This document shows positions 41,851-51,595 of a stretch of DNA of 64,000 bases, piece after piece. The stretch is taken from positions 160,001-224,000 of the forward strand of contig JBBFKX010000003.1 of NCBI GenBank assembly GCA_037481815.1. The letters run 5' to 3'. The notes beneath the pieces are model-generated. The model did not search any database. It saw nothing but the letters and a program-made list of their open reading frames with translations, and was not told the origin of the DNA. The position numbers and the translations under genes were made by a program. The DNA comes from a candidate division WOR-3 bacterium. Its GTDB lineage: Bacteria > Hydrothermota > 32-111. Within the stretch, counting starts at the first letter, position 1, and the number at the start of each line of letters is the position of its first letter.

Positions 41851-42182
41851 AGTTGCTTAACCTTTTTAACAACACTGAAAAATTCCTCTCTTAACTGTTC
41901 GAGATCCTTTTGTAAAATCTTTCTGTTCGCTATAAGGACATAATTCATATTTTCAAAAAAATCTGATTCGTATTCCAGAAAAAGTTTTCTCAGGATTCTC
42001 TTCATTCTGTTTCTTTCAACTATATTTTTATAATTTCCCTTTTTCACGGTAAAAGCTACCTTTTTCTCTTTTCCATTTTTGTACAAAATAATAAAAGAGT
42101 CAGAGGAAATCCTTTTGGGATTTTCAAAGACACTCTTTATTTCATTCTCTTTTAAAATCGGGGTATTCCCAATTCTCCTCAT
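41847..42182 (-). CDS. rnpA: Ribonuclease P protein component
   Basis: [11 protein letters not shown] (RNR motif); rpmH-rnpA-yidD-yidC order. Confidence 0.88.
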   Translation of the reverse strand: MRRIGNTPILKENEIKSVFENPKRISSDSFIILYKNGKEKKVAFTVKKGNYKNIVERNRMKRILRKLFLEYESDFFENMNYVLIANRKILQKDLEQLREEFFSVVKKVKQL

Positions 42183-42328
42183 ACTTTGGGATCAGAGACG
42201 GTCAAACGTTTTCTTCCCTTTGCTCTTCTTCTTGCAAGGATCTCTCTTCCGTTTGATGTCTCCATCCTTTTTCTGAATCCATGTTTTCTTACTCTTTTTA
42301 TCTTACTCGGATGATAAGTTGGTTTCAT
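42179..42328 (-). CDS. rpmH: 50S ribosomal protein L34 (49 aa; absent from the ORF track)
   Basis: Hand translation [58 protein letters not shown]. Confidence 0.97.
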   Translation of the reverse strand: MKPTYHPSKIKRVRKHGFRKRMETSNGREILARRRAKGRKRLTVSDPKV

Positions 42329-42377
42329 TATACCTCCTATCCAAAACTTAAATCATCATAAATTTTTAAAAGAAAGT

Positions 42378-42405
42378 ATTTTACTTAAAAATTTTTCTAA
42401 GTCAA
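42378..42405 (-). promoter_or_regulatory. Putative rpmH operon promoter
   Basis: TTGACT, 16 bp, TAAAAT. Confidence 0.6.
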
Positions 42406-42465
42406 TAAGAAGTTTCCTGAATCTTTTCTTGTTGAAAAATATTTTAATTCAACTATCATATAACG

Positions 42466-42990
42466 ATGGAAATAATAAAAAGTATAGAAGAGATAAAAAA
42501 GATTTCAACTCTAAAAGTTCATGAAAATGAAATTTTTTTTGATAATTTCAGAGATCTTGATGATGAAGAAAAAAAAAGTTTTGATATTCCTGTAAAAAAT
42601 TTTTATGAGGATCTGAAAAAAAACATCGAATGTAGGGAATGTGGAAACTGTTGTAGAGAAGTGATTATAGTGTTTGAAAGGGATGATATACCCCTTCTTT
42701 CAAAGGGAACAGGGACCGACGAAAAAGAACTTATAGAAAAAACTTTTATTTTATATGAAAAACATAATGTTTATGTGATGAACCAAACCCCGTGTAAATA
42801 CCTTAAAGGAAACGAATGTTCGGTTTATCCTTTTAGAGGAACGGAATGCAGAGAGTTTCCATATATTGAAACAAAAGAATTTTCAAAGATATACAATTAT
42901 GTTTTTCAGGGTTATTCGATATGCCCTTTTCATTTCAATATAGTTGAGTTCGTTAAAAATTTATTTGTTGACAATATAAAATTCAATTGA
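42466..42990 (+). CDS. YkgJ family cysteine-cluster protein
   Basis: CRECGNCC and PCKYL...CSVYPFR...CREFP motifs. Confidence 0.85.
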   Translation: MEIIKSIEEIKKISTLKVHENEIFFDNFRDLDDEEKKSFDIPVKNFYEDLKKNIECRECGNCCREVIIVFERDDIPLLSKGTGTDEKELIEKTFILYEKHNVYVMNQTPCKYLKGNECSVYPFRGTECREFPYIETKEFSKIYNYVFQGYSICPFHFNIVEFVKNLFVDNIKFN

Positions 42991-43002
42991 TAAAATAATA
43001 AA

Positions 43003-44571
43003 ATGTTAAATTTTGAAAAATACGGTTGTGAGCAACTGAAAGAGATTGCGATAAAGCAGGAAAAAATATTTTTCAACTTTTTAAATCTACTTGATGATGT
43101 AATATTATTGATCAACAAAGATCTCTCCGTTGAATTTTTAAATGAAAAGGCAAAAGAATTTTTTGAAATAAAAAGTGAAGGCGAAATCCCTTTAAAACAT
43201 ATTTTTAAAGATTTCGAGTTTGAACAGAAAAAAGAGGCAATACAGAAAACCTTAAGTTTAAAAAAGGTTTTAGATATAGACAACCTGACCGTTATCAAAG
43301 GTAGAGAGTTCTGGGTAAAGAATCTTTTTATTCCAATTGAGGATCTGGAAAGTGAAAACTTTAAGGTTCTACTGTTTATAAAAGATATAACATTTAAAAA
43401 ATTTGTTGAAGATCAGAACATAAAGGTTAACGAAAGGTTTGCAAAAATTTTTCAAAACAATCCATCAGTTGTTTTGATAAGCAGGGTTGAAGATGGAAAG
43501 ATCATCGAAATAAACAGTTCAGTTGAAAAAGTTTTCGGATACACTCAAAACGAGATAACAGGGCAATCGACTCTCATCCTTTACGCTGATCCACGTGAAA
43601 GAGCACTTTTTATCGATAAGATTTTAACCAAAGGTCCAATAACGAATTACGAGATCCAATTTAGAAGAAAAAATGGAACGACCGGATGGGCAAGTATCAG
43701 TGCAGATTTCATAGAAATCGATGAGGAAAATTGTATAATAGCAATCATAAACGATATAACTGAAAAAAAGTTTTCATCATTGTTAAACGAAACCCTTTAT
43801 AAAATCTCAAATATAATTTACAATTCAAAAAATCTTGATGACTTGTTTTCAAAATTACATCAGGAAAAAAAAAACATAATATTCTCAGAGAATTTTTATA
43901 TTGCGATATACAACAAAGAAACCAACATAATCTCTTTCCCCTATTTTGTTGATCAAAGAGATAACCATGCTCCATCAAAAAGGTTTGGGAATGGATTAAC
44001 AGAATATGTTTTAAAAACAAAAGAAGCAAAACTTTTAACGAGAGAGGATATAATAAATCTTTCGAGAAAAGGTGAAGTAGAAATAGTTGGAACCCTTTCC
44101 GAATACTGGCTCGGAGTTCCACTCCTTGGTGATAATTTTTCTGGAGTACTCGCTGTACAAAGTTATGATGAAAATATAAAATACTCTGAAAAGGACAAAG
44201 AGTTTCTTTCATTTGTTGGCCAACAGATATCAAGATTGATCGATAGAAAAATATTTGAAGAAAAGATGAGCAACCAAATAAAAAGATATTACTCTATTCT
44301 TGAATCTCTACCAAACCCGCTTTTTGCTGTTGATAACAATTTCAAGATATTTTTCTACAACGACAAATTTTTAAACTATATGGCAAAACACAAAAACATT
44401 GGTACGGAAATAAAGATTACAGATATCATTCCAGATTTCTATACCTCAGAAATACACTTTTTGTTAAAGGATGAGACGTTTACAAGAAAGACATTTTCTT
44501 TCGAGTTTAACGGATCTAAATCCCTTGAGATAGCAAAAATTGAAGATGGATTCATTTTTATCCTTTTATAA
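43003..44571 (+). CDS. PAS-PAS-GAF-PAS sensory protein with no recognisable output domain
   Basis: PAS S-box (FGYTQNEITG, FRRKNG), GAF (FPYFVD, GLTEYVL, WLGVPL, GVLAVQSY) and a terminal PAS-like segment. Confidence 0.75.
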   Translation: MLNFEKYGCEQLKEIAIKQEKIFFNFLNLLDDVILLINKDLSVEFLNEKAKEFFEIKSEGEIPLKHIFKDFEFEQKKEAIQKTLSLKKVLDIDNLTVIKGREFWVKNLFIPIEDLESENFKVLLFIKDITFKKFVEDQNIKVNERFAKIFQNNPSVVLISRVEDGKIIEINSSVEKVFGYTQNEITGQSTLILYADPRERALFIDKILTKGPITNYEIQFRRKNGTTGWASISADFIEIDEENCIIAIINDITEKKFSSLLNETLYKISNIIYNSKNLDDLFSKLHQEKKNIIFSENFYIAIYNKETNIISFPYFVDQRDNHAPSKRFGNGLTEYVLKTKEAKLLTREDIINLSRKGEVEIVGTLSEYWLGVPLLGDNFSGVLAVQSYDENIKYSEKDKEFLSFVGQQISRLIDRKIFEEKMSNQIKRYYSILESLPNPLFAVDNNFKIFFYNDKFLNYMAKHKNIGTEIKITDIIPDFYTSEIHFLLKDETFTRKTFSFEFNGSKSLEIAKIEDGFIFILL

Positions 44572-45814
44572 CAAAATAAAAGATTTTATTCCATTTTTTA
44601 CAACCATCACAGTTTTTCTTCTAATCTTTCTTAGAGAATTTTTTGGTGAAAGGATAAAGATTCACCTTGTGATGTTTTTTGGAGCATTATTCGTTGTTTT
44701 AACGAACAGCATCTCTTTGTATGACTCTTTTAAAGCGATCGATTTTGAAGTTATTATCTTTTTAGCATCAATATTTGTTGTCGGCGAATCACTTTTTGAA
44801 AATGGATTCCTTTATTCTTTAAGTTATAGAATTTTTTCAAGAGCCAAAAATCTGGATTCCCTTCTTTTTCTTTTTATAATAACTATGGGTTTCCTTTCAT
44901 ATTTTTTTATGAACGATACGATAGCTATTGTTGGAACTTTTCTGGCAATATACATCTCAAAAAAGTTCTCGATAGACACGGAAGCAATTCTTTTGACACT
45001 TGCTTACAGTGTTACTCTGGGAAGTGTACCAAGCCCTATAGGTAATCCACAGAATCTTGTGATCGCTTCAAGAATAAAAGAAGTTTCTCCCTTTTTACCC
45101 TTCACAAAATATCTTTTTCTTCCAACCTTTTTAAATCTTATATTACTCTATTTCATTGTAAAAATCGCATTTAAAAATAGGATAGATTTCAGTAAAAAAA
45201 TATTTTTTGAAAAGGAAAAATATGTAAAAAACAGAAACTTTATAATTTCTTTTCTCTCTGTGTTACTATTGATTCTTATGATTTTATTAAAACTAATTTT
45301 ACCTTTAATTTTTAAAAATCTCAAAATGCCACTCTTTATTATTCCAATACCATCATCCCTTTTGATACTCTTTTTCAACCAGAACAGAAAACATATATTG
45401 AAAAACCTCGATTATAAAACTCTTGTTTTTTTCATTTCAATGTTTATTCTTATGAAAAGTTTATACCTGAAAGAAAAACCTGAATTTTTGTTCAATTTTG
45501 AAAACATTAAAATATCTTTAAACTTTATTTTTTCTTCATCAATAATTTTAAGTCAATTGATCTCAAATGTTCCTTTTGTAATACTCTTTCTTGAAACCTT
45601 TAAAAATCTTGATCATCGACTTCTCATGTCGCTTGCAGCAGGCAGTACGATTGCAGGTAACATTTTTCTTCTTGGAGCGGCAAGTAATATAATAATATTA
45701 CAAACAGCTGAAAAAAAAGGAGTTAAATTAAAAATTTTTGAATTTTCAAAAATAGGTATACCTTTAACACTGGTTAATATTCTGATATATGTTTTATTCT
45801 TTTTTATTTTTTGA
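44540..45814 (+). CDS. ArsB/NhaD/CitMHS superfamily anion transporter
   Basis: FFMNDT, LGSVPSPIGNPQNL, SQLISNVP and AGSTIAGN...GAASNIII. Confidence 0.88.
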   Translation: MKMDSFLSFYNKIKDFIPFFTTITVFLLIFLREFFGERIKIHLVMFFGALFVVLTNSISLYDSFKAIDFEVIIFLASIFVVGESLFENGFLYSLSYRIFSRAKNLDSLLFLFIITMGFLSYFFMNDTIAIVGTFLAIYISKKFSIDTEAILLTLAYSVTLGSVPSPIGNPQNLVIASRIKEVSPFLPFTKYLFLPTFLNLILLYFIVKIAFKNRIDFSKKIFFEKEKYVKNRNFIISFLSVLLLILMILLKLILPLIFKNLKMPLFIIPIPSSLLILFFNQNRKHILKNLDYKTLVFFISMFILMKSLYLKEKPEFLFNFENIKISLNFIFSSSIILSQLISNVPFVILFLETFKNLDHRLLMSLAAGSTIAGNIFLLGAASNIIILQTAEKKGVKLKIFEFSKIGIPLTLVNILIYVLFFFIF

Positions 45815-45816
45815 AA

Positions 45817-46434
45817 CTATTCTTTATCTATCTCTTTAAGTTCTATTATATATCCAACTTCCATCTTTAATATCAACGGGAACCTTTCATCATCAAGAAT
45901 CCAGAAGTAACCAAAAAGATCACTCGTTGCATAAATAGCTTTGAGTTCCACCTCTTTTCCATCAACCACACAGTTATAAACGGTTTTTCTTTCAAAAGTC
46001 AGATGCTCTTCTCCATCTCCAACATCGATTGTAACTTCTTTTTTATTAACGAGATCCTGAAACACTCTTTTTGAAAAGAATAACGATGTTTTGTCATCAA
46101 GATTGCTAACACTATAATCCCACAGATTCATAAATATTTTTTCAGAGTTCTCAAGAGATTTCTGCGAAATCATAACTTCATCCTTAACTTTAAAAATAGT
46201 ATCATCTTCGACCTGGTATTTATAATGAAGATTTTTGTCCATTTTTTTTATTTCGATCATCAACTCATACTTATCCCCCCACGATGATACCTCGTATATG
46301 AAAGTGCTACCCTCTTTAAAAAAATGAGAGTACTCTGAATTTTTTATTTTAAAATCTTTAGCACAGTTTATAAAAAGAATCATTACCAATAAGGGAAATA
46401 TTTTTTTTGTTAAAATTTTCATTCTCCCCTCCAT
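45817..46434 (-). CDS. Hypothetical lipoprotein
   Basis: Lipobox-like FINC; start probably 46422 after GGAGGGAG. Confidence 0.55.
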   Translation of the reverse strand: MEGRMKILTKKIFPLLVMILFINCAKDFKIKNSEYSHFFKEGSTFIYEVSSWGDKYELMIEIKKMDKNLHYKYQVEDDTIFKVKDEVMISQKSLENSEKIFMNLWDYSVSNLDDKTSLFFSKRVFQDLVNKKEVTIDVGDGEEHLTFERKTVYNCVVDGKEVELKAIYATSDLFGYFWILDDERFPLILKMEVGYIIELKEIDKE

Positions 46435-46506
46435 TTATTTTATTATAACTTTTCAGAAAAATTTTTCAATCTTTAAATTATGAAAAAAAAGGGTATAATA
46501 ATTAAT

Positions 46507-48372
46507 ATGGAAAAAATACTGAATTCAAAAACGCTTGTTGAAATGTTAGAAAACTCTGTTGAAAAATATTCTCAAAGAGTTTTACAGAGTTATAGAGAAC
46601 AGAATGGAATAAAAAATATCACCTATAAGGAATTTTTTGAAAAAGTAAAAAGGGTCTCTTCTGCGTTCAGAAAATTGGGAATAAAAAAGGGAACAAAAGT
46701 TCTTCTTGTTTCAGATAACAGATACGAATGGCTCATTGCAGATATGGCACTTTTAACGATAGGGGCTGTAGATGTTCCAAGAAGTTCATCTTCCCCTGAA
46801 AGTGAGTTGAGTTTCATCGCGAAACATTCTGATTCGGAGTTTGCAATAATCGAGGATGAAAAACTTTACCAACCCATAAAAAGTATAATAAAACAAGAAA
46901 ATGTTGTAGTTTTCAATACAACAGAAAATTTAATAAAATTTTCAGATCTACTTAAAGATGATGGAAATGAGTATAAAAAAGAAAACATCTGTGAAGATGA
47001 TCTTGTAACTATCATATACACTTCTGGAACAACCGGAAACCCAAAAGGTGTAATGCTCACACACAAAAATTTTATGCACAATGTTTCCGCAATTACTCCC
47101 CTGATAAAATTTAAAACCTATGGAAAAGAGGGAGATGTAACGGTTTCGATTTTACCTGTTTGGCATATCTTTGAAAGAACTTTTGAATATGTGTGTATAG
47201 CCGGTGGAGCAAAGATTTTCTATTCAAATGTTAAAAGTTTCGCAAAAGATCTTCTGGAGATAAGACCAACAATAATGAGCGCAGTGCCAAGGATCTGGGA
47301 ACATATATATAGAAACATCATAGATCGAATGAAGAATGAAAAAGTTTTCAAAAAAACGCTTTTTTATCTGTTTTTAAGTATAAGAGAAAAACATCTCTAC
47401 TCTTATAGAGTTCTTACGAACAGGGATACGCAACTGTACGAAGAAGGTTACAAAAAAAGATTTTTCAAAATTTTAATATCACTTGTGATTTTTCCCCTCT
47501 TTCTTGTTCCGTCACTTTTGGCATATTTTATTTTTGAACCGATAAGAGATAATCTTGGTGGAAGGTTGAGGGGTGCTTTTACAGGTGGTGGGATGATTCC
47601 AAAATATATCGACAATTTTTTCAATACGGTGGGCATAACCCTTTTAAACGCTTATGGAATGACAGAAGCTTCTCCAGGGATCACATCAAGAAGATTTGAC
47701 TACAATTTTCTTTTTACCGCTGGTATACCGTTTGATAGAACGGAAATCTCATTAAGAGATGAAAACGGGAAAAAGGTAAAAAAGGGTGAAAAAGGGATCA
47801 TATATGTTAAAGGTGATCAGGTCATGAAAGGTTATTATAAAAACGAAGAGGAAACAAAAAAGGTTCTAAGTGAAGACGGATGGTTAAACACCGGTGATAT
47901 CGGATTCATAACAAAAGATGGAAACCTTATAATACTTGGCAGAGCAAAGGATACAATAGTACTTTTAGGTGGAGAAAATGTAGAACCTCAAAGGATCGAA
48001 GAAAAACTTGAAGAGAGCGAATTTATTTCACATGCTGTTGTTGTAGGAGATGATGAAAAAGATCTTGCCGCTTTGATTTTTATAGAAGAAGAAAAATTGA
48101 AAAATCTTATAAAAGAACTCAAGTTGAATATTGATGATCTGAAAGAAGGTATTGAAAATATTAAGGTCAAAGAGTTTTTCAAAAATTTCCTTGAAGAAAG
48201 AATCAATAGATCAAAAAACTTCCATCCATTCGAATCAATAAAAAATTTCACCATAATTCCTGAAAAGTTACAGATAGGCAAAGAGATAACCGAAACATTA
48301 AAAAAAAGGAGAAAAGTCATCATAGATAAATATAAAACGAAAATAGAAGAGATGTATAAAAAGAAAAAATGA
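46507..48372 (+). CDS. Long-chain acyl-CoA synthetase (AMP-binding)
   Basis: IIYTSGTTGNPKG, LPVWHIFE, YGMTE, GWLNTGDIG and GRAKD; start 46507 or 46480. Confidence 0.92.
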   Translation: MEKILNSKTLVEMLENSVEKYSQRVLQSYREQNGIKNITYKEFFEKVKRVSSAFRKLGIKKGTKVLLVSDNRYEWLIADMALLTIGAVDVPRSSSSPESELSFIAKHSDSEFAIIEDEKLYQPIKSIIKQENVVVFNTTENLIKFSDLLKDDGNEYKKENICEDDLVTIIYTSGTTGNPKGVMLTHKNFMHNVSAITPLIKFKTYGKEGDVTVSILPVWHIFERTFEYVCIAGGAKIFYSNVKSFAKDLLEIRPTIMSAVPRIWEHIYRNIIDRMKNEKVFKKTLFYLFLSIREKHLYSYRVLTNRDTQLYEEGYKKRFFKILISLVIFPLFLVPSLLAYFIFEPIRDNLGGRLRGAFTGGGMIPKYIDNFFNTVGITLLNAYGMTEASPGITSRRFDYNFLFTAGIPFDRTEISLRDENGKKVKKGEKGIIYVKGDQVMKGYYKNEEETKKVLSEDGWLNTGDIGFITKDGNLIILGRAKDTIVLLGGENVEPQRIEEKLEESEFISHAVVVGDDEKDLAALIFIEEEKLKNLIKELKLNIDDLKEGIENIKVKEFFKNFLEERINRSKNFHPFESIKNFTIIPEKLQIGKEITETLKKRRKVIIDKYKTKIEEMYKKKK

Positions 48373-50612
48373 TTTTTAAAAACTGGAAAAAATTTTCTGT
48401 CATTTTTACCCTTTATCTTTTTTCATTCTTATATGGACAGGAAAAAGTCGGGCTTGTTCTTGGTGGTGGTGCAGCAAGAGGGCTTGCGCATATTGGTGTT
48501 TTGAAAGTGATTGAAGAGTACAATATCCCAATAGATTACATTGCAGGAACAAGTATGGGATCGATAATTGGTGGATTGTGGGCATCAGGTTATACAGCGA
48601 GTGAAATAGAATCTATCTTTTTAAGTGAAAACATAAAAAACTGGCTTAACGAGACAACCATAAAAAATTATCAACCCGTTTATCTTTATCTCAATTCCTA
48701 TCCAACATTTCTAACGACTGAACTGAAAGATGGAAAACTCAAAATACCAGAGGGAACTGTTGATGATAAAATAATAAACCTCGAACTTTTCTCTTTCTTT
48801 TCAGATGTTGATTATGCGATAAAATCGGACTTCAGAAAAATGTATAAACCATTTCTCTGCACAGCATCAGATTTAAAAAGTGAAAAACCCAAGGTGTTCA
48901 CCAGTGGAAAATTAGAAAAATCTATAAGAGCTTCCATGGCTATCCCTCTTGTTTTCAAGCCAGTTATCTTTGATTCTATATCATATTTTGATGGTGGAAT
49001 GTTTGAAAATATCCCTTTGAAATCTTTAAAAGACACTTTTAATCCAGATGTAATAATAAGCGTTGATGTTTCCTCCGATGGAAAAAATCTTGATGAAAAA
49101 AATCCTTCAATCATAGATATAACTTTCTCGATTGTCGATCTACTAACAAGGAACTATCCTGTCGACACTCTTGAAAAATACAGTATCCATATAAGGCCTG
49201 ATGTTGGAAAGTATAGGGGTTACGAATTTATCAAATCTGAAGAGATTATAAAAAAAGGGTATGATAAAGCAAAAGAAATTGTTCCCCAGATAAAGGAAAA
49301 GATCAAAAAAGAAGAAATGTATCCAAAAGGAAACAGAAAATTTTACATAGAAGGATACAAAACTTTTAATGGAAGGATAATAGATACTTTAATCGTTGAA
49401 TCACAAAATAAATGGACTGAAAAATCTATTAGAAATATTTTAAAAATTAAAAAAGGTGATATTTTTTTCTATGATAATTTAAAAAAATCCATCTATACAC
49501 TTTACTCCCTCTCGATCTTTGAATCGATCGAACCTGAGATAACAATAAATGAAACCAACCAGAGAATGATATTAAAAATAAAAGTAAAAGAGATCGATTC
49601 AACAATTTTTAAATTTGGAGGTTTTGCTGATTCGAAAGCGGGAATAAATCTTTATGGAGTTTATCAAAAAAACAATATTTTCAACACGCTTTCATATCTT
49701 GATTTATATGGGTTTGCAGGTAACTACATAAAAGGATTAACCATAAATCTTTTTTCTCCAAGTATATTTTATTCTAACCTGCTGGCTGGAATTTACTCGA
49801 ATTTGCACATTTACAAAAATTACAATGTATTTGATAACTACTTCAATTACGAACAAAACTACAATACAACATTTTTGTTTGGAACAAACATAGATAAACG
49901 AAAGATTTTCTCATTTTTCGTTTCATCAAAATATAAAAGATTTCTTTCAATGGATCTTTTCAAAACCTCTGTTGGAATATACTTTTTTGAAAAAGAAGAA
50001 AAACCTTTAAGTTTAAACATTTCGACTGATAAAAAAAGTTTTATTATCGGGTTGAATCTTCCTAATCCAACACTCAAAACTACCGATTTTCAAACTTACA
50101 ACGATATTTTTGATCTGAACTCATTAAAACAGATATATATAAAATCAACAGGTTATTTTCTGGATCAAAAAAGATTATCAAAAAAGTTCAACTCATCGAT
50201 AGTTTTCAAATACGGTTTTATCTTTTTTATTTTTACAGATCACCCGATTTCTTCAAAAATTTCTCTCGATTATCCGATCTCTCAACCAACCTTTGAGTTA
50301 AGGTATCTTTATGATAAAAATCTTCAGAAAAGATATACGATATCCTCAGGGTATACCTTAAAATATTTTATAAACGATAATTTTTACATTCAGAGTGAAA
50401 ATGAAGGATCCATTCTTTTTGATGGAATTGTGGACCAGTTCTATATAAAATATATACTTGGTTCAAGATTATCTTTAACTTTTGCAACTCCTTTTGGAGT
50501 TTTTGAAACAAGCATAGGGTATTTTAAAAACAATATAAGAAAAGATTTCTTTACATTTAACATTCATCTTGGAAACCCGATAAACTACCCTGAACTTCTG
50601 GGACAGTACTGA
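48369..50612 (+). CDS. Patatin-like phospholipase with POTRA and probable beta-barrel (PlpD-like)
   Basis: Signal peptide, GGGAARG, GTSMG and DGG catalytic motifs; POTRA-like LKIKKGDIF...LYSLSIFE; aromatic beta-rich C-terminus. Confidence 0.82.
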   Translation: MIFKNWKKFSVIFTLYLFSFLYGQEKVGLVLGGGAARGLAHIGVLKVIEEYNIPIDYIAGTSMGSIIGGLWASGYTASEIESIFLSENIKNWLNETTIKNYQPVYLYLNSYPTFLTTELKDGKLKIPEGTVDDKIINLELFSFFSDVDYAIKSDFRKMYKPFLCTASDLKSEKPKVFTSGKLEKSIRASMAIPLVFKPVIFDSISYFDGGMFENIPLKSLKDTFNPDVIISVDVSSDGKNLDEKNPSIIDITFSIVDLLTRNYPVDTLEKYSIHIRPDVGKYRGYEFIKSEEIIKKGYDKAKEIVPQIKEKIKKEEMYPKGNRKFYIEGYKTFNGRIIDTLIVESQNKWTEKSIRNILKIKKGDIFFYDNLKKSIYTLYSLSIFESIEPEITINETNQRMILKIKVKEIDSTIFKFGGFADSKAGINLYGVYQKNNIFNTLSYLDLYGFAGNYIKGLTINLFSPSIFYSNLLAGIYSNLHIYKNYNVFDNYFNYEQNYNTTFLFGTNIDKRKIFSFFVSSKYKRFLSMDLFKTSVGIYFFEKEEKPLSLNISTDKKSFIIGLNLPNPTLKTTDFQTYNDIFDLNSLKQIYIKSTGYFLDQKRLSKKFNSSIVFKYGFIFFIFTDHPISSKISLDYPISQPTFELRYLYDKNLQKRYTISSGYTLKYFINDNFYIQSENEGSILFDGIVDQFYIKYILGSRLSLTFATPFGVFETSIGYFKNNIRKDFFTFNIHLGNPINYPELLGQY

Positions 50613-51520
50613 TGAAAGATAAAAGAAAAGGTTTGATCTACGCTTTTATTGCACTCTTTTTATGGGGAATCCATGGGGTTGCTGGAAGATATCTTGCGTG
50701 TGAAAATGTTAACATGTTGTTCGTTGCAACAGTGAGATTTTTCATTGGAACTTTCCTTTTCTTTCTTTTTCTTTTTTTCACAAAAAAGTTGGACTTAAAT
50801 TTCAAAGAAAATTTTAAACTCGTTTTAGCGATCTCTGTGATCGGGATAACTGGAAACTCATTACTCTATCATATATCTTTGAAATATCTTTCAGGCACAC
50901 TCGTCATGATTTTTGAGAATCTCTCTCCAATATTTGTAATACTTCTTTCACTTATGGTTGACAGAGAAAAACCTACTTTTTTTGAAATAGTTGCCTTTAT
51001 CCTATCTTTTGTCGGGATAATAGTGATCATTTTGGGAAAGGAACAATTTTTTGATCTTAAAGACAACTTCTATTTCGGAATCTTCTGGGGAATTTTAACC
51101 GGGATGAGTTTTGGTTTTTATGTTTACCTTTCATCAAAATTGGTGACACCTTTAAGAAACAACCCAGAAAAAATAATCAATTTTCTTTTTAAAATTTTTT
51201 TGATCTCATCGATAACAGTGTCTCCAATAATCTTTCTATCATCAAACAGACCTATAAAATTTGAACACTGGTTCTGGATTTTTGAAATGGGGATTTTTCA
51301 AAGTGGACTTGCTTATATATTCTGGAATTATGCTCTATCCTATCTTCCAGTTAATTCAACCTCCATTCTTTTTATCTTCACAATTCTGTTTACAACCATA
51401 AATGAGGTTATATTCTTAAAGTTGAAACTCAACATTTTTCTTATCATAGGGGGAGGACTCATAATACTATCAGGGTATCTCATTTCAAAAAATTTAAAAA
51501 AAAGCGAGGGAAAAGCATAA
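50612..51520 (+). CDS. DMT/EamA family transporter
   Basis: About 10 hydrophobic segments in two repeats; LWG, RF, SPIF and LAYIFW. Confidence 0.88.
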   Translation: MKDKRKGLIYAFIALFLWGIHGVAGRYLACENVNMLFVATVRFFIGTFLFFLFLFFTKKLDLNFKENFKLVLAISVIGITGNSLLYHISLKYLSGTLVMIFENLSPIFVILLSLMVDREKPTFFEIVAFILSFVGIIVIILGKEQFFDLKDNFYFGIFWGILTGMSFGFYVYLSSKLVTPLRNNPEKIINFLFKIFLISSITVSPIIFLSSNRPIKFEHWFWIFEMGIFQSGLAYIFWNYALSYLPVNSTSILFIFTILFTTINEVIFLKLKLNIFLIIGGGLIILSGYLISKNLKKSEGKA

Positions 51521-51595
51521 AATTTCCGTCTAATCAATGTTGATTTAAAAAGATTATGGTTTAAAATTGTATCCAAATTAAAGTTGTGAGGTCAG

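Noticed and set aside
42329..42465. oriC next to rpmH
   Set aside because: No DnaA boxes or dnaA gene; the region is explained by two divergent promoters.
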